A stretch of 64,000 nt of DNA from Candidatus Bathyarchaeota archaeon (GTDB lineage Archaea > Thermoproteota > Bathyarchaeia > Bathyarchaeales > Bathycorpusculaceae), in the NCBI GenBank assembly GCA_963707955.1, contig OY970176.1:1504001-1568000 (forward strand). The letters run 5' to 3'. The number at the start of each line of letters is the position of its first letter. The stretch's first letter is position 1. Shown in pieces: positions 49,419-58,368 of the stretch. Made by a program: the position numbers and the translations under genes. A model generated the notes under the pieces. The model made no database searches. It worked only from the letters and a program-made list of their open reading frames with translations, and was not told the DNA's origin.

Positions 49419-50521
49419 AGGTGTCCTTGCTTCCAGATTCAAGCTTTATCGGCACAATAATGAACATGGCTTTTCTCCTTACATTCTTCATCTTCTGGTT
49501 TTTCTCTCAAAGGATACAAACCGCTCTCATGACGCGCCAGATATCTAGAGCTCTGACCAGGCTGAGGAATTTGAGGGACAAAGCGAAACAAACGGTGATC
49601 TTAGCAATCAACGAAGTGGGCAGACCTGAAAAAGACCCTTTGCCTAGACTGGAATCGCTCCTTCAGTTTTTCACTGTTGAACCCGTCAGCATGGACCCAT
49701 CTGGAGTTGTCCATAGACTCGAACACATACTTGACACAGCAGACATCCGAATCAAAAACGAGGTTAAAGCAATCGCGCCGCACGCTGACGAAGTTCAAAT
49801 CGAGAATCTGCAGAACCTCGTAGAAGCAACACAGGCTTTGAACAACATGTATCGAGTCGTGCGCCATTACTACCTGCTAGGAAAAAGGGAGGGGGCACTC
49901 TATAGCACTGTGCAGATTCAAATGCAGCTGCCGGCAATTATGGAAGAAGCCGAAGCATATGTCTCTTTTCTGGACGCTTTCAAACAGGGCAAACCGGTTG
50001 GCGATGGCATAGGCGCGTTGACAGCATCAAAACTGATGGCTGATCACGAAAAGTTCGAAGTGGCCAAAGACATGATAGCGGCAGAAACAACACTTGACGG
50101 CAGACGAGTCATTGTCACGAAGGCTAAAGGTCCGGGTGGAACCGTCGGAAAGTCAGGAGACGCCGTGAGCAATCTGATTGAAGCTAACAACGAAAAGGTA
50201 TCCCTAGTCGTAATGATTGACGCTGGTCTCAAACTAGAGGGTGAGGACTCAGGGGACATCGCAGAGGGCGTAGGAGCCGCAATAGGCGGGATCGGCGTTG
50301 ACAAGTACAAGATAGAAGAAGTAGCCACCAAGTGCAAGATCCCGGTCTACGCTATAGTCATCAAGGAATCGCTGAAGGAGGTGCTGGCGCCGATCACAGA
50401 GAAAGTCTCTCACGCCGCTGACAGCGTGATTTCGAGACTCGGAAGCATTATCCAAGAACGAACCAGAGAAGGAGACACAGTCATCGTCGTCGGCGTAGGC
50501 AACACAATAGGCATCGCATAA
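49415..50521 (+). CDS. DUF1512 family protein
   Basis: P.GDGIG, KA.GPGGTVG, IDA.LKLEGE.SG..AEG.G.AIGG, GVGNTIGI. Confidence 0.85.
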   Translation: MKVSLLPDSSFIGTIMNMAFLLTFFIFWFFSQRIQTALMTRQISRALTRLRNLRDKAKQTVILAINEVGRPEKDPLPRLESLLQFFTVEPVSMDPSGVVHRLEHILDTADIRIKNEVKAIAPHADEVQIENLQNLVEATQALNNMYRVVRHYYLLGKREGALYSTVQIQMQLPAIMEEAEAYVSFLDAFKQGKPVGDGIGALTASKLMADHEKFEVAKDMIAAETTLDGRRVIVTKAKGPGGTVGKSGDAVSNLIEANNEKVSLVVMIDAGLKLEGEDSGDIAEGVGAAIGGIGVDKYKIEEVATKCKIPVYAIVIKESLKEVLAPITEKVSHAADSVISRLGSIIQERTREGDTVIVVGVGNTIGIA

Positions 50522-50572
50522 TAGTAATGGAGAAGTCTGTATTGGAAATTGCCTACGAATTAAGTCAGGAAG

Positions 50573-51208
50573 GTGGCAACGTCAACCTTGAATGCTGACT
50601 GGCACGACATTACCGAGTCTTCGTTCAGTGAACGAGACGCCGACGTTCTATACTTGATAAGCGAAGAGGACTTGGCTCTGTTTACGTTCGATGGGCTGAA
50701 GAGAAGAATGGGTCTACATCCTGAGACACTTTCCAGAATCCTTAGCAGGCTAGAGCAGGAGGGCATAGTGGAGAAGGGGCATGGAGGTTACAGGGTTACG
50801 TCGAAGATTGATGAATTTCTAGGACCACATCCGACCTGCAGCGATCAGTCTCGTGTTCCTCTGCTTCAGACATTTCTGCCTTCTGATATGTCAGTTCAGA
50901 ATCTGGCCTCACACCTGAGAGGAAGATGGTTCGGTCTGCTTCGTTGGCTAGGCCTCTCAGAGGGAAAAGCACGCGAAGGGGTCACTTTGAAGTGGATCAC
51001 AGAAGATGGCGGCATCCAAGTTGACGCAAACGTATCGGACAGAGCGCTTACGATTGAGGCCAAGTTTTTGCATGATAAGGACTTGAACATGGCTTTGAGG
51101 GCCTCTTATCAACTCGTTACCTACATAGGCAAACTCTGTTCAAGCTCGCGGTTGATCAGACGCGTAGCCTACGTTGGCGATTTCGACGTGCATCTGACGC
51201 CAGCGTAG
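50573..51208 (+). CDS. Winged-HTH domain protein
   Basis: FTFDGLKRR.GLH.ETLSR.L.RLE..GIV. Confidence 0.7.
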   Translation: MATSTLNADWHDITESSFSERDADVLYLISEEDLALFTFDGLKRRMGLHPETLSRILSRLEQEGIVEKGHGGYRVTSKIDEFLGPHPTCSDQSRVPLLQTFLPSDMSVQNLASHLRGRWFGLLRWLGLSEGKAREGVTLKWITEDGGIQVDANVSDRALTIEAKFLHDKDLNMALRASYQLVTYIGKLCSSSRLIRRVAYVGDFDVHLTPA

Positions 51209-51279
51209 TGTGACCGACTTTCTGCTTTCCTTAGTCAACAAATACGACGCCGACTTCTCTTATTTTGAGGTGAAAAAGT

Positions 51280-52209
51280 ATGAGTCAGTCAATTAATCCT
51301 TTGCAAGTGTTGAAGTCGCTCTCTGACGCTACAACTGAACTCGTGCGAAAACTGACACCGTCCTTGGTAAGCGTGAACACAACGATGACAAGAGGCACAG
51401 GCGTCGTCTTCAGTTCAGAGGGCTACATAGTGACGTGCAACCATGTTCTCGGAAGAAGCGCCTCCATCAGAATTGGCTCTGGAGAAAAAATCTTTGAAGC
51501 CAAGACAGTAGGTGTTGACCCCTATTCCGACATAGCACTGCTCAAGGCAGAACAGGCAAACTTCAAACCAATAGAACTCGGCGATTCCGAAACACTGAGC
51601 ACAGGCCAGTTCGTACTGGCCCTGGCGAACCCGTTCAACAGACAACCAAGCGCAACAACCGGAATAATCACAAATGTCGGAAGCACACTCAGAGGATGGC
51701 GAGGAACAGCGATGGAAGATATAATAGCCACCGATGCTAGACTCAATCCAGGCTTTTCAGGCGGACCGCTGGTCGACGTTTCTGGCAAGATGATAGGCCT
51801 CAACACAACCTTCGTCTGGTCTCGTGGCATAGCGATTCCAGTCAACAAGGTGAAAGGCACCGTCGACAGGCTCATGGCCGGAGGCGAGATCAAAAGAGCA
51901 TACTTGGGCATAGTGTCGAACACTGTTTTAATCCCGCAGGAAATCGCGAACCAATCACGCATCAACCAGAACGCAGGAGTCATGGTTTTCTCAGTCGAAC
52001 AGGGTACACCAGCGAAAAAAGCCGGTCTAGCAATGGGCGACGTGATAGTGAAGTTCAACGAAAACCCCGTGACAAGCTTCTACGACCTTCCGAGACTTCT
52101 GACCGAAAATGTAATCGGAAAAAAGACGAAGCTCTCGATCCTTCGCGAAGAGAAACTGATGGAACTCACCGTCATCCCAAGCACTGCTGAGGGTGAAGAA
52201 GATGAGTGA
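51280..52209 (+). CDS. HtrA/DegP-like serine protease with PDZ domain
   Basis: TCNHV, DIALL, NPGFSGGPL catalytic triad; C-terminal PDZ. Confidence 0.92.
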   Translation: MSQSINPLQVLKSLSDATTELVRKLTPSLVSVNTTMTRGTGVVFSSEGYIVTCNHVLGRSASIRIGSGEKIFEAKTVGVDPYSDIALLKAEQANFKPIELGDSETLSTGQFVLALANPFNRQPSATTGIITNVGSTLRGWRGTAMEDIIATDARLNPGFSGGPLVDVSGKMIGLNTTFVWSRGIAIPVNKVKGTVDRLMAGGEIKRAYLGIVSNTVLIPQEIANQSRINQNAGVMVFSVEQGTPAKKAGLAMGDVIVKFNENPVTSFYDLPRLLTENVIGKKTKLSILREEKLMELTVIPSTAEGEEDE

Positions 52210-52434
52210 GAGGTTCTCAATGAATTCGGAGATCGACTTAGAACCCTCACCGCTTCCCCGGCCCAGACCACTCCGTCCTTTTCCCTCGCCTCTTCCACAC
52301 ATTAGCGCCAGCGCGACTTCACAACTTTCCTTTCGCATATTCCTGCGAGAAGACTGGAACTAGTAGAAGGCGAAGCTGAAGGTCTTAGCCCCGATGAATG
52401 GACAGCTCTGAAGTCGAAGATAGGCATTAAGTAG
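52202..52434 (+). CDS. Small Pro-rich protein (~77 aa), with an apparent 1-nt deletion
   Basis: Start overlaps the end of htrA; joining two frames gives MSERF...PRPRPLRPFPSP...QRDFTTFLSHIPARRLELVEGEAEGLSPDEW...K*. Confidence 0.45.
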
Positions 52435-52503
52435 CACCCACATTTCACCGTTACACTCAGGATATTTCATTCATTCAAGAACGGCATTTGTCTTTTGCGT
52501 GTG

Positions 52504-54450
52504 CTAGACATTTACGCGCTTTAGGCGTAAGGTGTTAAGAAGCACTAGCAGGGTTAAACCGTCGTCGCCTGAGGCTACTGCAAACCATAGAGGAGTCAAG
52601 CCGATCAGCCCCAGCGCACCCAAGACCAACTTAACGGCAATGGACGCAGCAATATTCTGTTTTGCGATCTTGACGGTCTTATCGCTTAACTTAATCATGT
52701 ATGGAATCTGGATAAGCTTGTCTTTGACTAGAACAACGTCAGCAGACTCCAGAGCGACATCGACTCCTCTGCCTCCCATTGCAATGCCCACGTCAGAGGC
52801 GGCCAGCGCCGGAGCATCGTTAACTCCGTCGCCCACCATCGCAACCGGTCCATGCTTGTCTCTTATCTGACCTAGAACTGTAAGCTTGTCCTCGGGAAGA
52901 AGCTCCGCGTGGACCTCATTCATGCCCAGTCTCGCAGAGATTTCACTGGCGATCTCAGTCTTGTCTCCGGTCAGCATCGCTGTGTGGATCCCAGCTCTTT
53001 TCAAAGCTTCTACTGTTTCAACAGCATCATTTCGAATTTCATCAGTCACGCAGATGGTTGCCACGGCAGACCTGTCAATCGACACACAGATGAACGTGTG
53101 TTCATCGTTCTCATAAACCTCAGCTATCTGGTCACAGTTGCAAACGTTTTCTTCCATTAGTTCCATGTTTCCAACGGCCACATGAGCGTCATCAACGTAG
53201 CCGATGAGCCCTTTGCCTGGAACCTCCTTCACTTCCCTAACTTCCATTTTACTGAAATCCAAGTTGCGCTCAGCTGCCTTTCTCACGATGGTCTGAGCAA
53301 GAGGGTGATGAGAATACTGTTCTAGGGCAGCAGCGTACATCAGCGCACGCGACCCTGCAGGCTCAACGTCGTTCACGTTGTGCACTGTGGGCTCGCCGAA
53401 CGTCAGTGTTCCAGTCTTGTCGAAAACAACCGACTTGACCTTGGCCAATTTTTCGATGTAGATGCCGCCCTTGACGATCACTCCCTTTCTCGCGGCGATC
53501 GTTACTGCCGTGAAAACGGTTGCTGGAACCGAGATGATGAATGCACTCGGGCATGCGATCACCAGAAGCGTTAAGGATCTGTACAACCAAGTTTCGAATG
53601 GTCCACCAAAAACTCTCGGAAACACCAGCGCCGTCAGGACAGCTAAGGATATGACTATCGGGATGTAGATGCGCGCAAACCTGTCCACTAACTTTTCGAC
53701 GGATGCCTTTCTTTTCCTAGATTCGATGACAAGTCTACCAATCCTTGAAGCCAAAGTGTCTTGAGACCCTGTCTTCACAATGACCTTAAGAAGACCATTC
53801 AAGTTCAACGTGCCCGCGTAAACATAATCATTGACCGCTTTTGTCATAGGAACTGATTCCCCTGTGATGAGGGACTGATCAACAAGAGAGTTACCATCGA
53901 CCACAACCCCGTCGAGAGGGATTCTCTCACCGGGCTTCAGAAGGATAATCATGCCTGGCTGAACTTCCTTCACATCAACGCTCGTCTCAGCGCCACTGAC
54001 TAACACTGTTGCTTTATCCGGCATAAACTGCGAAAGCCTCTCAACCGTTTTCCGAGCCCTGTCTTCGATAAAACCCTCAAAATACTCGGCTAACGCGTAA
54101 AGAAAAAGCACGGTCGCAGCTTCGAAGAGAAAACCCAGATAAGCAGCGCCAAATGCAGCTGCTGACATTAGAAACTCGACTGAGAACCTCTTCTCGGCAA
54201 CCAGCTCTTTTAACGCTAAAAGCCCTACGTATACGCCTGCGCTAATGATTGTCAAATAGTACATTATCCTTGAGACCGTTGCAGGCTCGTTGAGCAAAGG
54301 TAAGCTGAAGCCCAGGGGAATTCCATGAAACAAGAGATCAAGCGCAGTCGTTGCTAGGATAGTGAGGCCCAACGCTGCAGAAAGCAGCATCCACTTCTGT
54401 CTGTTCGTTCCTTTGTAAACCTCTGTCTGCTCTTCGTCCCTGCAAGCCAT
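52504..54450 (-). CDS. Heavy-metal P1B-type ATPase (Zn/Cd-like; CPS motif)
   Basis: TGES, IACPSA, DKTGT, HP, GDGVNDAPALA. Confidence 0.93.
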   Translation of the reverse strand: MACRDEEQTEVYKGTNRQKWMLLSAALGLTILATTALDLLFHGIPLGFSLPLLNEPATVSRIMYYLTIISAGVYVGLLALKELVAEKRFSVEFLMSAAAFGAAYLGFLFEAATVLFLYALAEYFEGFIEDRARKTVERLSQFMPDKATVLVSGAETSVDVKEVQPGMIILLKPGERIPLDGVVVDGNSLVDQSLITGESVPMTKAVNDYVYAGTLNLNGLLKVIVKTGSQDTLASRIGRLVIESRKRKASVEKLVDRFARIYIPIVISLAVLTALVFPRVFGGPFETWLYRSLTLLVIACPSAFIISVPATVFTAVTIAARKGVIVKGGIYIEKLAKVKSVVFDKTGTLTFGEPTVHNVNDVEPAGSRALMYAAALEQYSHHPLAQTIVRKAAERNLDFSKMEVREVKEVPGKGLIGYVDDAHVAVGNMELMEENVCNCDQIAEVYENDEHTFICVSIDRSAVATICVTDEIRNDAVETVEALKRAGIHTAMLTGDKTEIASEISARLGMNEVHAELLPEDKLTVLGQIRDKHGPVAMVGDGVNDAPALAASDVGIAMGGRGVDVALESADVVLVKDKLIQIPYMIKLSDKTVKIAKQNIAASIAVKLVLGALGLIGLTPLWFAVASGDDGLTLLVLLNTLRLKRVNV

Positions 54451-54576
54451 CTGTCGTCAGCCTTAAGTTATGAACGCCTAATTTGCGATATTAATCTAGT
54501 GCTGAGGGATACGAGCAAAATATTAATATGTTAATACTGTCATTGTTCTAAGTTAATATTGCAGGGCGTGAAAAAC

Positions 54577-54975
54577 ATGACCGTGATCAGCATTACGCTT
54601 CCAAATGACCTTCTCGTCAGGTTCGACGACTTCATGAAAGCGCGAGGTTACTACAGTCGGTCAGAAGCCTTTCGAGACGCCGTGAGAAACTTGATTGCTG
54701 AGGCTGACATTGCAAAACTGGAAACTGGCGTCGTCGCTGCAACAATAATGATCACCTCTGACTACGCGAGAAGAGATGTTGACTTGAGGATGAGTGAAGT
54801 CAGACATGAATTTGACGACGTAGTAGTAGAAAACGTCCACAGACACATCGACGACAAATATTGCCTAGAAATCTTCATAGCGCAAGGAAAAAACGAAAGA
54901 ATACTCGACCTAATCGGAAGAGTCAGAGGAATGCGCGGCATTCAACAGGTCAAAGCCATGTTCATGTCCCTATAG
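54577..54975 (+). CDS. nikR: NikR-family ribbon-helix-helix regulator
   Basis: ISITLP..L...FD, SRSEAFRDAVR, H...HxH.....C metal site. Confidence 0.85.
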   Translation: MTVISITLPNDLLVRFDDFMKARGYYSRSEAFRDAVRNLIAEADIAKLETGVVAATIMITSDYARRDVDLRMSEVRHEFDDVVVENVHRHIDDKYCLEIFIAQGKNERILDLIGRVRGMRGIQQVKAMFMSL

Positions 54976-55000
54976 CTATTGCCACAGCGTAGAGCGCGCG

Positions 55001-55162
55001 CTAGCGTGTTGCTAAATTCTGGGATTTGACATGATCTCGTTTGGTTATGCTTTGGCTTGACTGGACGCCCATGATTTGTACGTGGAAGTGTTGGGAGAAT
55101 GCAACTATGCTTTGAAGGTGAGCAGAAATTGACACAAACAATTCGCTTTAGCAGCGCCCTAG
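55001..55162. mobile_element. MITE copy 1 (CTAG-flanked, imperfect TIRs)
   Basis: CTAG-cgtgttgctaaa ... tttagcagcgcc-CTAG; direct repeat of 56591-56753. Confidence 0.8.
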
Positions 55163-55314
55163 CACGCTTCGCTGATGGAAGAAAGTTACTTGTATCTTGT
55201 AGATTCCTCGAAGTGGGGTTTCTAGAGTCTTCTTGTCTTTCTCTTTCTCAATAGGTGAAACACTCTTCACCAAAGAGATAAGTAATCTATCTCTCAATTA
55301 ACCTGTGACTTTGA

Positions 55315-56169
55315 ATGCACAATTGCAATAGTTGGGATTATGCGATTCAAAGGGCAATGTGGCATCCCCTGAACAGAAGAATCATAGAATGTTTGTATGA
55401 TGAGAACTTGTCGTTTACGGAACTGTTGAGTAAGGTTGGTGATGATGGTAATCATGGCAAATTTGGTTATCATCTCAGAACGCTGAGCGAATTCGTTGAA
55501 CTTGAGCCTACAACAAAGAAATATTGCCTAACGGGTAGAGGAAAATTGTTAGCTGACGTGATTTGTGATTTTCGCTTTGTGACTTCAAGAGGAAAGGGAG
55601 CATCGAGATATGCCGAAGACTTGAGAATTGGAGACCATGCTGTTGCCTTGTATGATAATGAAGATTTCAAACGCCGAATATCGTTTCCGTTCCTAAAAGC
55701 TGGACTATCAAGGGGTGAGGCGGTTGTATATATTGTCTCCGAAGATAAACGGGATTCTGAGATTCGAGAAATGCAAAAGTATGGCATAGACTTTGACAGG
55801 CTGCCAAAGGAAGCATTGACAATCATGTCGGCATATGACTGGTATCTAAGAAATGGAAGAGCCAAAACCAAAACAATCGCAACGAATTGGCAGACGCTTA
55901 TTCAAGAGAAGAAGAAAGCCGGATTTGCGGGAGTGCATGCTGCTGGCGAAGTAGCGGTCTTCATCAGCAACGGAAAAAGTGAAGAGTTATTAAGATACGA
56001 GGAATCGTTAGGCAGACAACTTGCTTCTGACGTTTGTGGGCTGTGCCTCTACGATAAGAACATACTTGAAGAAAGATATATCGCCCGAGTCTTCAATTGT
56101 CACGGTCACATAATCTCTAAAGACCTGCTCGGAAAAAGCGCGTGCGCTACAGAAGCTTCAAAACCATAA
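55315..56169 (+). CDS. ArsR-like HTH fused to a MEDS sensory domain
   Basis: HPLNRRII, YHL; GDH...Y, FLKAGL.RGE, LL.YE..L, LCLYD, HGHII. Confidence 0.8.
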   Translation: MHNCNSWDYAIQRAMWHPLNRRIIECLYDENLSFTELLSKVGDDGNHGKFGYHLRTLSEFVELEPTTKKYCLTGRGKLLADVICDFRFVTSRGKGASRYAEDLRIGDHAVALYDNEDFKRRISFPFLKAGLSRGEAVVYIVSEDKRDSEIREMQKYGIDFDRLPKEALTIMSAYDWYLRNGRAKTKTIATNWQTLIQEKKKAGFAGVHAAGEVAVFISNGKSEELLRYEESLGRQLASDVCGLCLYDKNILEERYIARVFNCHGHIISKDLLGKSACATEASKP

Positions 56170-56233
56170 ATTCAATTTGTGACCGAAGAAGACTTGAATT
56201 AACAGACAAAGAAGTGTTGGAGATGTATCTACA

Positions 56234-56557
56234 ATGAAATGCTTGTTGTGCTCGGCTAATCATACTCTTCACGACATCTCGGAACTAGACAATTCTGAAA
56301 GACAGAAATTGAACAAAGATTACCATCATCTCTTTTTCCAGAACTTTGAAGGAGTTCTTCTTGTTCTTTCAGAGGATGGAAAAGAAGTCAAAGAGGTCAA
56401 GGAAATCTATTCTGCATTGAGTCAAGTCGTGCTGACCATAACGAAAACAACAGAAGAACTAAAGAAGATTTGCATGCGTTGTGGCAGTCAAGTATCCGAA
56501 CTCTTTGAAGGAAATCTTTGCTCGGATTGCTTGTCCCATCTCTATGATTGGTATTAG
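56234..56557 (+). CDS. Small Cys-rich (probable Zn-binding) hypothetical protein
   Basis: CLLC...H at the N-terminus; CMRC...CSDC at the C-terminus. Confidence 0.6.
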   Translation: MKCLLCSANHTLHDISELDNSERQKLNKDYHHLFFQNFEGVLLVLSEDGKEVKEVKEIYSALSQVVLTITKTTEELKKICMRCGSQVSELFEGNLCSDCLSHLYDWY

Positions 56558-56590
56558 AGGGTATTGCCTTGTAGACTATCTAATAGCGCG

Positions 56591-56753
56591 CTAGCGTGTT
56601 GCTAAATTCGTGGAGTTGACATGAACTTGTTCGCTCACGCTTGGGCTTGGACAGATACCTATGATCTGGTATGTAGAAGTGTGAGGAGAACACATGTATG
56701 CTTGGGAGGTAAGCAGAAATTGACACAAACAATTCGCTTTAGCAGCGCCCTAG
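56591..56753. mobile_element. MITE copy 2
   Basis: Same ends as copy 1; context gcgcg-CTAG...CTAG-cgcgc. Confidence 0.8.
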
Positions 56754-56818
56754 CGCGCTCAAGATCGAACAACTTATATTTTGATTAAATCAACCAAGCA
56801 TGAAATGGGGTTTCTGTT

Positions 56819-57540
56819 ATGACTTGCATTGTTGGAGCCGTCTGCCAAGACGGGATAGTGATAGTCGGTGACAAGAAGGTGAAAGATGGCGAGATGACTT
56901 ACTATGAGAACAAGATAATCTCGGTTGAAAAATATGAGAACCTAGCGGTGGCCGCTGCCGGGTTCTTGGATATACGTGAGAAGTTTGTCCAAGACATAAG
57001 AAACTTGCATCTCCTAGAGAAAAAGGGGTGGTCAAGAAAGACCCGCCAAGAGGATTCGTTGGGCTGACTGAAGATGTTGCTCACAGAATATACGAGATCT
57101 ATGGTCCTCGCTACAAGGCTGAGGGGTTTGACTACGAGTCTGAGGCTTTTGAAGCGCTTGTATGTCACAAGCCCAAGTTGGCTCTGCCGTTCTTGTATTG
57201 CGTCGATGCAGTGGGAACATCAAGCAAAGTGAACGACTACAAGGTCATAGGAACTGGGGCACAGTATGCCTACGTTTTCATCAAACCATCCTATTCCAAC
57301 AAATCAGTTATGAACGACATGGCAGTTATCGTCACGTTCATCATTCGCCTAATAGACGAGTGTAAAATAGACGATTCGATCGGAGCAGACGAAGAGGGCA
57401 AGGTTCAAATCTGGAAGTTCCCGAACAAGGCTGATCCATACGAGGTCGACGGTTCAGAGCTCCAAAAGCTCTTGGATGATGCTGAAAACCGGTTAAAGAA
57501 GTTCAGTAATTTCTTGATACTTGGAAAAAAAGGCTCCTGA
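56819..57540 (+). CDS. Proteasome-beta-like Ntn hydrolase, split by a frameshift near 57025
   Basis: MTCIVG..CQDGIVIVGDKKV, KI, AAG; second frame Y..IGTGAQYA, DDSIG. Confidence 0.72.
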
Positions 57541-57577
57541 AAAAACTCTGATAAACGTGCGTTGCTTAGAACGTTCC

Positions 57578-58114
57578 CTAGGAAGGAAATGCTTCTTTCA
57601 GGAAACTGTACGTTTTTTCTCTTTTTCTCAACAGTCTAAACAGTCCTCTATTCGTGATTTTTGAAATTATTTCGCCCTCTTTCATGTGATGGTCGCTGAA
57701 CGACAAGACTCTATCTGGCTTCAATACACGGCTCAGTTCTTCCAGCACGCCGTTCGAGTCCACTAAGTCGTGAAAGGTATCATACAGCAGAACCACGTCT
57801 ACGCTCTCATCTGGCAACCCAGTCTTGCGGTCGGAGAGAATCGTTTCCACGTTTTTGAGGCCGCGCTTTTCCGAAATTTTCTTAACGCTCTCAACGGCAA
57901 GCGGCTCAATGTCCAAGGCGTGAACCTTTCCGGACTCTCCAACAATCTCAGAAACAGCTCTCACGTAGCTGCCTGGTCCACAACCATAATCAAGCACGTG
58001 AAAGCCTTCTCTTATCCCTGCTTCCTTCACAATTTCGCTGCGCGGTCTCAAGAAATCCCGTATCCTGAAAGTGAAAGCCATAGCCTTGAAACCAAAGGTG
58101 GACATTAGCCTCAT
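57578..58114 (-). CDS. Class I SAM-dependent methyltransferase
   Basis: VLDYGCGPG, ALDI, LPDESVDVV, RVLKP. Confidence 0.9.
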   Translation of the reverse strand: MRLMSTFGFKAMAFTFRIRDFLRPRSEIVKEAGIREGFHVLDYGCGPGSYVRAVSEIVGESGKVHALDIEPLAVESVKKISEKRGLKNVETILSDRKTGLPDESVDVVLLYDTFHDLVDSNGVLEELSRVLKPDRVLSFSDHHMKEGEIISKITNRGLFRLLRKREKTYSFLKEAFPS

Positions 58115-58368
58115 GACCTTGACAAGTGTCAACGAATATAAGGGTATCAGCAAAGACCCTGTGTATCCGCAAATCGTGGCACCTGCTTCTGGACGTTACG
58201 GCATGCCGAAAACAAGAGAACACTCCTTGTTAGCCTGTTGCTAACTCCTTCGGCTCTTTCCTCTTGGCTCACGCACTGGATTGATACAGGTTTGTTAAAT
58301 CGCCCCTCTTTAAAGGGCACTGCTTAATTAGGAACAGCGCGCAAGTTGTTGCGCGTGGAGGGAACCTG

